Shown in pieces: positions 42,215 to 54,166 of a stretch of DNA of 64,000 bases. Made by a program: the position numbers and the translations under genes. Under the pieces are notes generated by a model. That model had not been told where the DNA came from. It saw nothing but the letters and a program-made list of their open reading frames with translations, and ran no database searches. Numbering within the stretch: the stretch's first letter is position 1; every line of letters starts with the position of its first letter. This stretch comes from Eledone cirrhosa (Eukaryota), in assembly GCA_964016885.1 (NCBI GenBank), contig OZ024743.1, positions 333,374,001-333,438,000 on the forward strand, in the 5' to 3' direction.

Positions 42215-43050
42215 TCTTGTGAAACGTGGATCACATACAGAAAACACCTCAAGGAACTGGAGAGGTTTCACCAACAATCTCTCTGTAAGATACTTGGGGT
42301 GTGATGGAAAATGTTCATCAGCGACTTGGAAGTTCTCGAATGGAGCAGGTGCATGAGTATAGAAAGCATGATCTTTCGGCATCGGTTGAGGTGGTGTGAT
42401 CACGTGGTTCGGATGTCTGATGATCGTATTCCAAAGCAACTTCTCTACGGAGAACTGTGTGAAGGAAAGCGACCACCACACAAACCAAAAATGCGGTACT
42501 GGGACTGTCAGAGGTACCTTGTCTTGCGCTGGAATTTCATCTCATGAATGTGAGAAAATGTCTGAGGAGTGTGTGAAGTGGAGACGTTTGATCAAGTCAG
42601 GTAGTGAACACTTTGAAACTCGTCAAAGAGAACACCAAACACTGAAAAGGAAGGTGAGAAAAAGGGACTGTTCTGAACTGCCTGCTGTTGAGCAACATCT
42701 GGTTTGCCAGCACTGTGGTCGAATCTGCCTGAGCAAAGCTGGTTTGATAAGACATAAACAATGTCTTATCAGTAGACCTCATGTAGATTATAAGCAGCAT
42801 GATCTGAAAAGGTGTAGGGAATATGGCAAGGAATGTGCAAGCATGGGAGGTCTTAAAAGACACGAGAACGCACAGTCAGAACCAAACAGTGGAAAGTCCC
42901 AGAGGAGTCTACAGTTGCCATGTATGTGCCAGAGAGTGCAAGTCTTTCGGTGGTTTGAAAAGCTACATTTGTACCTCACATTTTTGAGCATTTTATCAGG
43001 CGATGGCAATGCTCGAACATGAGTTTGCGGCCATCATGTATGTATGTGCT
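42215..43050 (+). mobile_element. RTE/BovB-like LINE 3' remnant with C2H2 fingers
   Basis: RHRLRWCDHVVRMSDDRIPKQLLYGEL..GKR; CQHCGRICLSKAGLIRH; frameshifted. Confidence 0.8.
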
Positions 43051-43407
43051 AGTTTCAGTTACTAGATTGTAGCCATGCTGGGTCACTGCATTGATTTTGT
43101 TGCCCATAAAGACAACTCAGGACTTATTTAAATGAAGTCTGTTATTTATTTTATTGTCTAACCCATGCTAGCGTGGAAAATGGACGTTAAACGAAGATGA
43201 TGATGATTATGATTCCTTTTTGTTGAACCGCTAAACTATGGGACATAAATATAGAGATGGAAGTCCCACAAATACACACACACAAAGACATATGCACACA
43301 CATACATACACACATACCTACACACAGATACACACAAAAAAAACATATGCACATACACATTCACACACACAAATACACACATGCACACACACACACAAAT
43401 ACATATA

Positions 43408-44278
43408 CAGGGTGCGGATGATACTTGTTCGCAAGATTACTGTCTAGGAAAAAATAACACAGTAGTTTTATTTTTTAAGATTTATTTATCAAACTTGGGT
43501 CAGTTTGTCTTCATGACTTGTTCTTTCGATCTCACTCGATAAACCCGCCATTGGCTTTGATGACGGCCTCAATGCGACCTCGGAACCAGCTACAGGCCTT
43601 CGTCACTGTCCCCCGACTTAGGCCCCTAAAGGCACTTGTGATCCTGGCTTTCATATCGTCTTTCGTATTGCAGCTAGATCTGTTGGTGTCTCGTTCCACT
43701 GTGCCCCACACAAAGAAGTCGAGGGGGTTGCAGTCAGGCGAGCTGGGAGGCCAGATGTCAGGTGAAGTGTGATCGACGAAGTTCTCTGACAGCCAGACTT
43801 GGATCTTTCGGCTGGTATGGCAGGGCGCTAAGTCTTGCTGCCACACGTACGGCCTACCTGCAGCTACCTGGTCGATCCAGGGCTTTACTACCTCGCTCAG
43901 AATGCGGATGTAACTATCGGTGTTCAGCTTGAGACCCTCAGGGAAGAAGTGAGGTGGCATGACACCTAAGACCAATGTTGTCGCTGGAAACTTTGTCTGC
44001 ATGACTCTGGGCACGTCTTTGGATGAGACAGTGAGCCACCTGTTGTTCTGGGAAAGTCTGAAATTTCCTTATTTGTCCTCCCGGCGCGGATTCCAAGAAG
44101 AACTCCGTGTCTCTTCCACAAATTTGGAGGTTCAAAATTATTCATAATCAATTATTCTGAAAATGAATAATGGAAATATAGTCACTGTTTTTATGAAGAC
44201 AAGAGGGACAACGGAAGTAAAAAAAATTTGCATAAAATTAGCAGTTGAAAATTGCAAACAAATATCGTGTGCACCCTG
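43408..44278 (-). mobile_element. Internally deleted Tc1/mariner superfamily transposon, maT (DD37D) type
   Basis: TA|CAGGGTGC...GCACCCTG|TA termini; transposase fragment 43532-44014 QQD...WPPSSPDCNPLD with 37 residues between the second and third catalytic Asp. Confidence 0.88.
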
Positions 44279-44561
44279 TATGCACACACATACACATACA
44301 TACAGACACACAAATACATAGATGGACATATGCGTGCACACACACACACACATACAAACAAGTACATTTATGATGGGCTTCTGCAGTTTACATCTACCAA
44401 ATTCCATTAACAGGGCACTAATCAATCCACATATTAATATGAAGATGATTGTAGCCAAGATGGACGTATCATCTGCTGGCATCACACCTTCTGAAAGCCT
44501 CCCTGTCATATTCAATGGGGAAATTTGAGATATATGTCTACAACAAATGTGCATGCATTAA

Positions 44562-44760
44562 CCCTTTAGCATTTACATTACTCTATATTTACTATTGTAT
44601 TTTTGTAGTGAAAGGCTTTACCTCACATAATATTGAATCTATGAGATTTTGATGTTATTTATTTTGAGAACAATACCTTAACATCAGTATGAGCAGCCTG
44701 TTTGAATTGAAAAAGGTGAGAGAATTCTGACCGGATATGGCTGGTTTAAATGCTAAAGGG
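44562..44760. mobile_element. piggyBac-type MITE (199 bp)
   Basis: TTAA TSDs at 44558-44561 and 44761-44764; TIR CCCTTTAGCATTTA / TAAATGCTAAAGGG; related partial copy at ~53155-53362. Confidence 0.85.
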
Positions 44761-44764
44761 TTAA

Positions 44765-45105
44765 AGGTTAAAGATCCCCTTTGGTTATGATTGACCATGG
44801 GATTTGTACCTAGAAAGTTCCCTCTGGGGCTCAAGTCCGAGCAAGGTTGTTTGTGGAAGACCAGCAGTCACCCATGCATACCAACCTCTTCTCTCCACAC
44901 CACTGATGTTGTCAAAAGGAAAGTTAAAGGTCGATACAGCTTGGCATCAATGACATCCCAACTCATTTCTACAGCTGAGTAAACTGGAGCAATGTGAAAT
45001 AAAGTGCCTTGTTCAAGAACACAACACACAGCCCAGTCCGGGAATCAAGCTCACAACTTTACAATTGTAATCCCGATACTCTAACCACTAAACCAGACAC
45101 CTTCA
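44765..45105 (-). mobile_element. tRNA-derived SINE
   Basis: Minus strand GGTTTAGTGGTTAGAGTATCGG (A box)...GAGCTTGATTCCCGG (B box-like), then the family body; tail ...TTTAACCTTTAA. Confidence 0.72.
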
Positions 45106-45429
45106 TGCATTAAACTCTGTCTTTTTCAAAGCTACCTGTGCTGTGGTCTAGATCAGAGATCTATCTGGTCAGGAAAATCCACATCTATCAAGTGCTGTAC
45201 CATTCTGCCATGTGGTTACATAACATTCATTACCAATAAGAGCAACAGATTTATGCAAGCTGAAATCTTTTGAACACTTTTCAATTCATGAAATCTTCGA
45301 TGTTCAAAGATTGGATTTTGTGCCAAACCCTGAAATTCATCCCCACAGACATATCTACCCCCACCTTTCTTCTTCATATATATACACATACATATAATCT
45401 TTATCATAATGAGCATTGTTACACTAGAA

Positions 45430-45756
45430 CAGTGGTTCTTAACCTGGGGTGCCGATACCCCAAGGGCTACAAGATACAATTATTGGGGGTGCAAGGAGAG
45501 GAGAAGTCCAGAAAAACAGCTGTTTATTTCATTTTACTTCACATCATTCTGTGTTTTGATTGGATATTTTCTGTTATTTTCATAAATTTCTATTTATTAA
45601 TCATAGTAGTTAATAAATTAAATAGTAGCAGCTAAGTAACTGATAATTTGAGCTGAAAATTCAAGTTCTTTTGTCTTATATGCTAGGCCTAGGGGTGTGG
45701 GATGAATTTTCAAAATCTCAAGAGATGTTACAATAGAAAAAGATTAAAAACCACTG
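45430..45756. mobile_element. hAT/Charlie-like MITE
   Basis: Termini CAGTGGTTCTTAACCT / AGATTAAAAACCACTG; TSD degenerate (CACTAGAA vs CTTTAGTT). Confidence 0.65.
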
Positions 45757-45827
45757 CTTTAGTTTCTGTTGTGTACTTAGAGTCTGGCCACATCCTCTTC
45801 GCACTGGTCGCTGCCGAGACATCAGTT

Positions 45828-46512
45828 GTAATAATAATAATGATAATGAAATTATTGTGTACAGTTCTCAGGCGCACCACAACTCGTCAAAGGTGCATGT
45901 ATAGGACTTGGATAATCTACAAATGTCAGGAAAGCGAACAGTGTATAAGTCATGATATACATGTGTGCGTGTGTATGGAGGGGGGATATCAGGTGTAGTG
46001 TTGGCGAATTTCAGGAATCATGGAGGTTTCAAAAGATGCAGTGTCTCGACAGCTAACAACTGATGCCGGGAGTTTGTTCCATGTTTCAGCAACTCTGCGC
46101 GTGAAAAAATGTTTCTGAAAGTCATGGGAGCTGTGCTGTTTTCTGACTTTGTTGCCATGCCCACGGGTGTTAGACACATGGAGATCAAAATGGTGTTCAG
46201 GGTTGTTGTTGGCAAGATGGTTAATAATTTTGTGGGTGTTTACCAAGTCAGTTGCCAGAAGTTGGAGCTTTAATGTATCTATGCCCACGAAAGCAAGGCA
46301 TTCAGAGTATGGTAGATGCCTGATGGAGGGTATTCGCTTAGTTGCACGTCTCTGAACAGGTTCCAGGAGGTCAATATTCTGAGCAAGATCGGTGTTCCAG
46401 ACTCGTGATACAAATTCTAAGTGTGGCTGCACCATAGCTATATATAGCTTTAAATACATAGCTAGAGAGTGGCTGACAAAGGTCTTGCTGAGTGATGCTA
46501 AAGCACCCTCAG
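45828..46512 (-). mobile_element. CR1/L2-like LINE 3' fragment
   Basis: LKLYIAMVQPHLEF...WN...LEPVQRRATKRIP...FFTRRVAETWNKLP; (ATT)n tail. Confidence 0.88.
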
Positions 46513-47209
46513 CCTGCAAGATTGGAATGTCAGCAGCCTGTCTGAGGAAGGAGCCCTGCAAGGTTGGGTGGCTGTTGCAGCGGGTATTGCTGACCATTGG
46601 CTGTGGTGCGTAGCCCCAACACCTCTGTGCTCTAGGCCCTGAGCCCATTACACTCCCCTCCCATTCTTCTGTGGCCCTAGAGCCTTTGCTTTTCCCTTCT
46701 TTTTCTGTTTTTAAATATTTGTTGTTTTTCTAATTATTTTATAGTCATTCATTCCTGTAGTTACTCATTTATTAATTGTGTATATAACACTAAAAAGACT
46801 GAAATATTCAATGGCAGAGATAGTATAAATAGGGAAAGACTTGGGAGGGAGGTGAGGTGCCGAGTGTGTGTTTTTGAACAGGATGGGTATATGGGGCGGG
46901 TGGTTTTTAGGGAAGATGTGGGCAGTAATAGAAAGGATATGAAAAAGGAGAAAAACAAAAAAAAGAAGAAAGATATAGTAAAGTAGGGCGGGGACGAAGT
47001 AGTAGGGGAGAATACAGAATTAGTGAGGAGGGGGCGAGAAAAATAGGGAGAAATGCAGGGAGGAAGGCAAGGTAAAAAGAAAAAAAGGTAAAGAAAGCGG
47101 AAAAAAAATTATATCGGAAATACATCTACTGTATCCGTTTCAGGGCCCGTTGTACAAGACTCACAAAATGTACTGCAGTTAGAGCTAATTATATTTACAC
47201 CGCCTCTTC

Positions 47210-47223
47210 GTTTCTAAGGTGAT
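47210..47223. promoter_or_regulatory. Candidate RFX X-box
   Basis: GTTTCTAAGGTGAT resembles the GTTNCCATGGNAAC consensus; lies in non-repetitive DNA ~95 bp upstream of a GTAAGT donor at 47318. Confidence 0.35.
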
Positions 47224-47567
47224 TTGTTTACTACAGATACGAAACTTAACTTAATTATTTAATGACACGAGCTGCCTTCGCCTACTTCACATTTACCTTA
47301 ATATCATCTATTATAAAGTAAGTAAACTTGATATCAATGTATATAAGGGTACATAGAGAGGACATTATGTTAGGTTCTCAAATATACTGTAAATATTTCC
47401 ACGCGCAATTGTAAAATGTACTTTCAAAAATAATCTTGCAGTATTACTGAGTACTTACAACACACGAGCCAGCTCAACAGCCTGTAAATTATCGCTTGGA
47501 CTCCTCAGTGGGCTAATGTCCCTTAAATCCTACTCAGCCCCTGTCTTAAAAAGAAAGAACACATTAA

Positions 47568-47762
47568 CAGACCTGTCAACTCTCCCCGTCCGACAGGGAG
47601 ATCTCCTTCCCACTTTGGGTGGTTGAGAGATGTCTTCTCTTGTGAAAATGGGTATAGCTTTAATTATGTGAAATCTCCCCATTTTGCCTCATTTCTTCCC
47701 TGTTTTGGGGAACTTTTTTTCATAGTACTCCCCATTTGGGTCTTTAGAGGTTGGCGGGTCTG
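47568..47762. mobile_element. Putative MITE
   Basis: Imperfect TIRs CAGACCTGTCAAC / GTTGGCGGGTCTG; TSD unclear. Confidence 0.45.
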
Positions 47763-48450
47763 TATAAGATAATCCGAGGTACACTACTTATGAAAAATAA
47801 GAAACTCCCACCCTAAACTTTGTAACGTTGGCCTGAATCTTTGATGGTAATTTCTGCTAGGTGAGGACGTTAATACTGTCTAAACAACAGGTTTCAAGAC
47901 TTATCTCTCTCTTTCTCTTCCTTATATTCCATATTTTTCTTTTAACTTACCTTTATACATATAATCGATACATTTCTCTCACACCCTTTTTGCTAGTTAC
48001 TATAATAATAATTGTTTTTACTTTTGGCACAAGGCCAGCAATTACCTCAGTGCATTACTGGTACTTTATTTTATCGACCCCGTAAGGATGAAAGGCAAAG
48101 TTAACCTCGGCGAGATAATAATAATAATAATGAAATTATTGTGTACTGTGCTCAAGTGCACTACAACATCTTTCTGTCTGTACACACACATATATATATT
48201 GTACACAATATAGGTGATGCTATTAACTTAGACACGGTCTGGGACAATATTGGCCGAAAACTATCAAAGTTACAGACACACACATATATATATATAGAGA
48301 GAGAGAGGGAGAGAAATATATATAATTATCTATAGATATAGATATGTTTATATAATTTTATATATATGTTAGGTAATTCCGAAGGAAAAGCAAAGGAAAA
48401 AAGAGTGCTCTATGTATAGAACTGAATAACGATCCAGACGTATATTAATA

Positions 48451-49072
48451 CTAGCAGTGGTACCCGGCGTTACACGGGATAAGGTATTTTAGAACGCGGG
48501 CCGCCAACAGACCTAATCGTGGAAATAAACCGAATCGTGAAAATAAACCGAATACTCTGATGGCTATATAATATAAGATTTTCCTCGATGAAGCAGGAAA
48601 AAGCAGGTTTTCACCTAATGCGGGCCGGGCCCTAGGGGATCAAGAAAATGAATTTTTTTATGTGCATAATATGCCTTGAAATTTTGGGAAAATCGGCTAG
48701 ACGTAACACCTCAAAAAAGCCCTAAAAAGCTGAAAATAAGGAAGTTTTTCACCTAGGCCATAAAAAAGTTGGAATTTTCTTTGCTCACAGTATGAAGAAG
48801 AGACTGACTAATACATAGTTACAATTTCAAGGGAATCGGTCTGACGTAACGCCTCAAAAGACCCCTAAAAAGCTGGAAAAAAAGCAGTTTTTCACCTAAT
48901 GTGGGCCCTAGGGGATCAAAAAGTTGAATTTTTTTAATGTGCATAACACTCCCTGAAATATAAGTAATACACATGTAAAGTTTGAAAAAGATCGGTTGGG
49001 TACTTCTTGGGTTTCACACACACACATACATACATACATCCTTCCTCAGTTTTATATATATACATAGATAGA
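48451..49072 (-). mobile_element. Non-autonomous Helitron with internal tandem subrepeats
   Basis: Minus strand starts TC(TATCTATG...) and ends with hairpin CCCGTGTAACGCCGGG followed by TACCACTG and CTAG; sits between A and T with no TSD. Confidence 0.8.
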
Positions 49073-49089
49073 TTAAAATAACAGATTAA

Positions 49090-49140
49090 AGTTTAAGCAA
49101 AGAATCGTTGCTTTCACCCTTAGCGGGATCTTCTGAAACT
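49090..49140 (-). ncRNA. Minimal type I hammerhead-ribozyme-like motif with variant core CAGAAGA
   Basis: AGTTT-CAGAAGA-TCCC GCTAA GGGT-GAAA-GCAA CGATTCT TTGC-TT-AAACT; all three helices can pair. Confidence 0.6.
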
Positions 49141-49533
49141 AAAAACATCAATCTGTGAATACAGAAGTAAATATTTTGTTGCAACCGGAGGAAAACGTTG
49201 CAACCGAAGGAAAACAGGAAGACGATACTTTGGTTTGTGAAGACGTTCCCTGGCAATGAATGGAAAATAGCGAACATAATATGTCATCAATGTTCGTCAG
49301 AATGTCGTAATGCAGACAGCCGGGTATACAGACAGATATTATAAGAGCGAGACGGAGATGGATAACCGGCGCCTAACACCCCTTTAACAACAGAAAATTG
49401 AAAATATCTTTTAGACCGCAAGGAATATATAAATGCAAGTTTGAAGTCAATCGGAGTAGAAATGTGGATTTGTATAGACTTTGCAAAAATGAGGACACAC
49501 ACACACAGACAACATCAGTTTTATATATATAGA
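49141..49533 (-). mobile_element. 5' part of a second Helitron-like element
   Basis: Minus strand starts TCTATATATATAAAACTGA followed by (TG)n, the same architecture as the element ending at 49072; 3' CTAG end not seen. Confidence 0.55.
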
Positions 49534-49616
49534 TTGTCTGGGATCCAGAAACCTTTGGTAATGGAGTAGTTATATTTTGTGTTGTTCACTTTCTAATTAT
49601 ATATATATATATATAT

Positions 49617-50397
49617 CATCATCATCATCATCGTTTAACGTCCATGTTCCACGCTTGCATGGGTTTGGACGGGAGTTTTCCCACTTGAGGCAATAGTGGT
49701 TGTCTTGCTCGCATAGGACTGTCTGGCGGGTTTTCTACAGCTGGATGCCCTTCCTAACACCAACCACATTTACAGTGTGGGACTGGGAGGTTTTTACCGT
49801 GTTGCCTACACGGCCACATTACAGCGTGGACTGTGTGTTTTTTGTCGTGACACCTACACGACCTCATTTGTTTCGGCCTAGATGTTGTGGCACCAACATA
49901 ACTTTACATTGAAAGGGGCGGTGTGATGGGGTGGGGGTGGTGGGACGGGGGTGTATTTTGTTAGAGATGCCTACTGACTGTAGTAGGGTTTACTTTGTAT
50001 TTAGGTAAGGCGGGTCTTCTCTATTACTGAGTACCGCCAAAGATCTCGGTCCAGTGACATTGTCTTGGAGAGGTGTAAGTGTGTGAGGTCGGAATTTATC
50101 AGGTCGTCCCAGGTTTTTCTGGGTCTGCCTACTCCGTGGCTACCGTCTATCTTTATTGCCCTGCACTTTTTTATACAGCTGTCGTCTTTCAAGCGCATCA
50201 CGTGACCATACCAACGTAGCCTTCTCTCGAGTAAACAACATCTGATCCCTCTTATTTCTAATTTTTCCCTTAGTTCGTTTATGCTTTGCCGTTCACGTAT
50301 ATTACTATTACACATCCAGCGGAGCATGCAAGCTTTGTTCCTCTCTAGTCTGCGTATATCCTCTGCACACAATGCCCAGGTCTCACTGCCATGCAAC

Positions 50398-50399
<2 letters not shown>
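49617..50399 (-). mobile_element. RTE LINE 3' end, same family as 33020-35288
   Basis: MLHGSETWALCAEDIRRLER...RRLRWYGHVMR near-identical to 34550-34943; same 3' UTR and (GAT)n tail. Confidence 0.92.
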
Positions 50400-50443
<44 letters not shown>

Positions 50444-50548
50444 ATAATAATAAATGTGAAGACTAAAATCCAAAGAGGGCTCGATAAGGATAAATATATA
50501 TTAAATATAAGAACCCTAGAGCAAATATTCATTAAAATAACAGATTAA

Positions 50549-50598
50549 AGTTTTAACAAAGAATCGCTGTTTTCACCCTTAACGGGATCTTCTGAACT
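50549..50598 (-). ncRNA. Second copy of the variant hammerhead-like motif
   Basis: AGTT-CAGAAGA-TCCC GTTAA GGGT-GAAA-ACAG CGATTCT TTGT-TA-AAACT. Confidence 0.55.
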
Positions 50599-50847
50599 AT
50601 ATAATTATAGTTTTGCTTGCTTTATTCTTCATCTTAATTGTAATATACCCTCCCAGCCAAGCATGGAAAATAAGTTATAATGATAGTGATGGTGGTACTG
50701 ATGACAAGGATGAAGAAGATAACAGAATATTGCATTTTATTTACAATTATTATTGGATTTTACTTATTTTGACATAAACTACATTATTCTGCTATATATA
50801 CATCTAAATAAAGAATTATAGAAATACACTGTGGGCTATTTAACATG

Positions 50848-51110
50848 TGGATGCGCATGGTCTAGTGGTAAGGGTGTTGGATTTACGATCATAATGTTGT
50901 GGGTTCGATTCCTGGGCTGAGTTGTGTGTTGTATTGTTGAGCAAAACATTTCACGTTGCTCCAGTATACTCAGCAATAGCTGGAGGGTTAACCCAGCAAT
51001 GAATTGATGTCCTATCCAAGGGAGGGTCTTGTACTCTCAGTCACTTCACACCACAAAACTAGGGCAAGCGTCAGCCTGATCAGCCTCCTGGATAGAGACT
51101 GACTTTAGAG
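50848..51110 (+). mobile_element. tRNA-derived SINE
   Basis: A box TGGTCTAGTGGT and B box GGTTCGATTCC followed by the non-tRNA family body ATTTCACGTTGCTCCAGT. Confidence 0.75.
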
Positions 51111-51744
51111 GGAAAGACTATTTAACATTTAAGTAGCAATAGATATAGAAGCTGAAAGATCTTTCTACTAGAAATTGGTTTAGAGAAGTCATCATCATTA
51201 TCATCATCATCATCGTTTAACGTCTGTCTTCCATGCTAGCATGGGTTATGTCAGAAGAGGAGATAGAGATATATAAGATAGAGAACACATAAGAGTTTCT
51301 ATGAAACAACCTGCTGCAAAACACAGACAAGATTTTCAGTTGGAGTAAGGTTCCATCTAAATAGGTGGAATGATGCAGTAGATAGAGCCATAAAAGCTAA
51401 GAGACTAGCCTGTAGAAAAGGTGTAGCATGGGTCTTAGGAGTAACTCGATAGATTGTGTAGCTCGGAGATCAGAGAGGTACTCCAGGTAGAGCTGCTACT
51501 TTTCCGAATTGAGAGATCACAACTCCAATACTATGGCCATGTTAGAATGTTTCAGGAAAGAATCCTGGACAGATTTTCTGGACAAAACCAACTGGCAAGA
51601 GACCCAGCGGTAGACTCCAAGCAAGATGGTTATATAATATCCTTGAGTTTGACTGTTCTCACTTGGGGATACAGGAGTAAGTGGGCGAGGAGGAGGGTGC
51701 AGCTTGTTGGAACAGAATCAGATAGCTAGAAAAGAAGCCAAACA

Positions 51745-52252
51745 TTCATCATCATCATCATTATCATTTTATGTCCGCTTTTCCCTGCTTGCAAGGTTGG
51801 GATGGGTCCTATTCAGCACAACATCTTTCGACTTGTCACGGTCCTTCGACATCTCCGTGAGCTTCATCGATCTGAGGTCCACTCTCACCTCCTCCGCCTA
51901 TGTTTTTCGTGGTCTTCCTCTACTGCGTCTTCCTTCTACTGGGATTTCTTGGCACTTCTTTACCCAGTGGTTATCCTCCATGCGCATCATGTCCATACCA
52001 TCTCAGTCTTCTCTCCCCCACACTACAGCTTATCCCTCTTATACACAGTTTCTCTCTCAACTCATCTATGCTTGTTCGTTCACGCACATTGACATTACAC
52101 ATCCACCGGAGCATACTTGCTACATTTCTCTTCAACCGTCGCATAACCTATGCAGTTGCTGCCCATGTCTCACTACCATGCAGCATCATGCATCTCACAC
52201 AGGCATCATATAACTGGCCTTTCATATGCAGGGAGAAACCCTTCTTTGTGAA
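51745..52252 (-). mobile_element. Older RTE LINE 3' fragment
   Basis: The reverse complement encodes a KG..YDAC..MLHGSETW...RLRWYGH...GRPRKT-like region; (GAT)n tail at ~51745-51770. Confidence 0.78.
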
Positions 52253-53028
52253 CAGAATATATAATGCAGAGAGAAGCTGAAAGTGAGTGGTTTGTTAATA
52301 TTCTGCACTTATAGCTATGATGTCTTTTTAAATATTCCAACATGACATCAAACAAGAAACATTCAGAGGCTTGTTATAAGAATTGGAATATATGGAACAG
52401 ACTTTTGTATATTTTAATGATGAGTGTTCTGGTTGTTCTATCAATGGAACAGCCTGCTTGTAAAATTAACGTGTAAGTGACTGAACATTTCACAAACACA
52501 TTTCCAATCCAATTCCTTCACACACCTGTTGGCGGAGCCCCTCCTTGGTTGACCTCCACCGCTTTCTGTTTCGATTTTGGTCCTGTCAGGGGTGTAGCTG
52601 TACTCACCACGCCTGGCCAATTGCAGGTTGGTGAGGCTATCTAAACCATAGTTTTGAGGGGGGGGGGGTTGTCTCTGAGGGGTTCATCTGCCCTTTTAAC
52701 AGCTTTTGTTTTTTGTGCTGCTGAGGTTCCATTTACACTCCTCACAAGGCAAGGGTCTGGTGGGGAAGCTGGTTCAGTTGTTGACCACTCGATTATGAAC
52801 TGGCTTGTACTGGGTTACATGGTACCAGTAGAGATTCAGTATGTCACAATGTGCGATAAGGCTGGCCTCTTTGAATTACAACTATAATCCATCTGACAGG
52901 CTTCCAAACGGTTTCTGTCTACCAAATTTCACTCATAAAGCATGGGTTGACCTGAAGTTGTGTTAAAAGATAACATTTGCTCAAGGTGCCGCACTTGGTG
53001 TCTAATTATTGGGAAGTGAACTTTTTAA

Positions 53029-53706
53029 CCCTTTCATGACCACATTTCTAATGAAATACACTCTATTTCAATTAATTAATGATGAATTTTGAGGGATTTA
53101 CTAAGATTATTAATTATTTCATTACTAAGATAGTAACTTAATGTAAGGTTCTTATACATTACTCTAATATGCTATTGTATTTTTGTGGTTAAGGATTTAC
53201 CTCACATAATTATCTCACATAATATCAAATCTACGAAATTTTGATGTTATTTATTTTGTAAACAATACCTTAACATCAGTATGAGCGGCTGGTTACAGCT
53301 GGTTTGAACAGAAAGAGGTGCAAGAGTTCTGGTCGGATACGGCCGGTTTAAATGCTAAAGGGTTAAACCTTTAAAATGGGTGACTTTATTTCATAGAACC
53401 AGAGCTGGTTTTGGCTGGGTTGGTAACTAAGGAGTTAAATCTAATTAAATAAATGAGTATTCCAATAAATATATTTTACAAAGTACAATATATAGAGGGG
53501 GGCATTTTATATGTTAAGAGAGACCTCTGGTGGTGGGTGACATTGTTGAAGGGAGCTTTAAGGGAGCTTTAAATGTGAAGGATAAGAGAGCTTTAAATGT
53601 GAAGAGAGATTTCTGATGATGGGTGACAGATTTTAATTTAAATTGGAAAACTTTAAAATGGGGGGTTTTATTTCATAGAAACTTAGCTGGGTTGGTAACT
53701 AAAGGG
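53029..53706. mobile_element. Nested piggyBac-type MITE fragments
   Basis: TTAA|CCCTTT at 53029; AAAGGG|TTAA ends at 53362 and 53706; internal segment homologous to 44575-44760. Confidence 0.55.
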
Positions 53707-54166
53707 TTAAAAAAATTAAATATTTGGCCCATGCTGTGTCCAATTCTAAGAATTAGAGGTCAGGGTATATGCGTGTTTTTTGGACATCATCACTGAAAAT
53801 GTCCAGCAAAAGAGGCAATGGTCATGTCTCTCAGGTTTGCAAATTAGCTAATAAACCTGTTTCAGCTGCATCAATTGTTTCAACTTGGAACAGATTTTGT
53901 TTCGTCTACTAGTTACTGTTGTTATTATCGACAAGTCATTGAAAGCTTTAGCTGACAGTAGAAGTTGTCTTTAATTTCATGTGATTGATATTGTCTAACA
54001 GAATGGTTTAATAATTAAATCATTTATACTCTGTACTTTGATGGTTTCAACACAACTTACTTCTCAAATTACTAGCATATGTAAAGTTGACATTTACTGT
54101 TGAACAATCATACAAATAACAATCACTGATGGCTATATTATGTCTCTGTTCATCATCATCATCATC

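Noticed and set aside
50848-50920. tRNA gene
   Set aside because: A and B boxes are present but there is no complete acceptor stem, and the sequence continues into a repeated SINE body.
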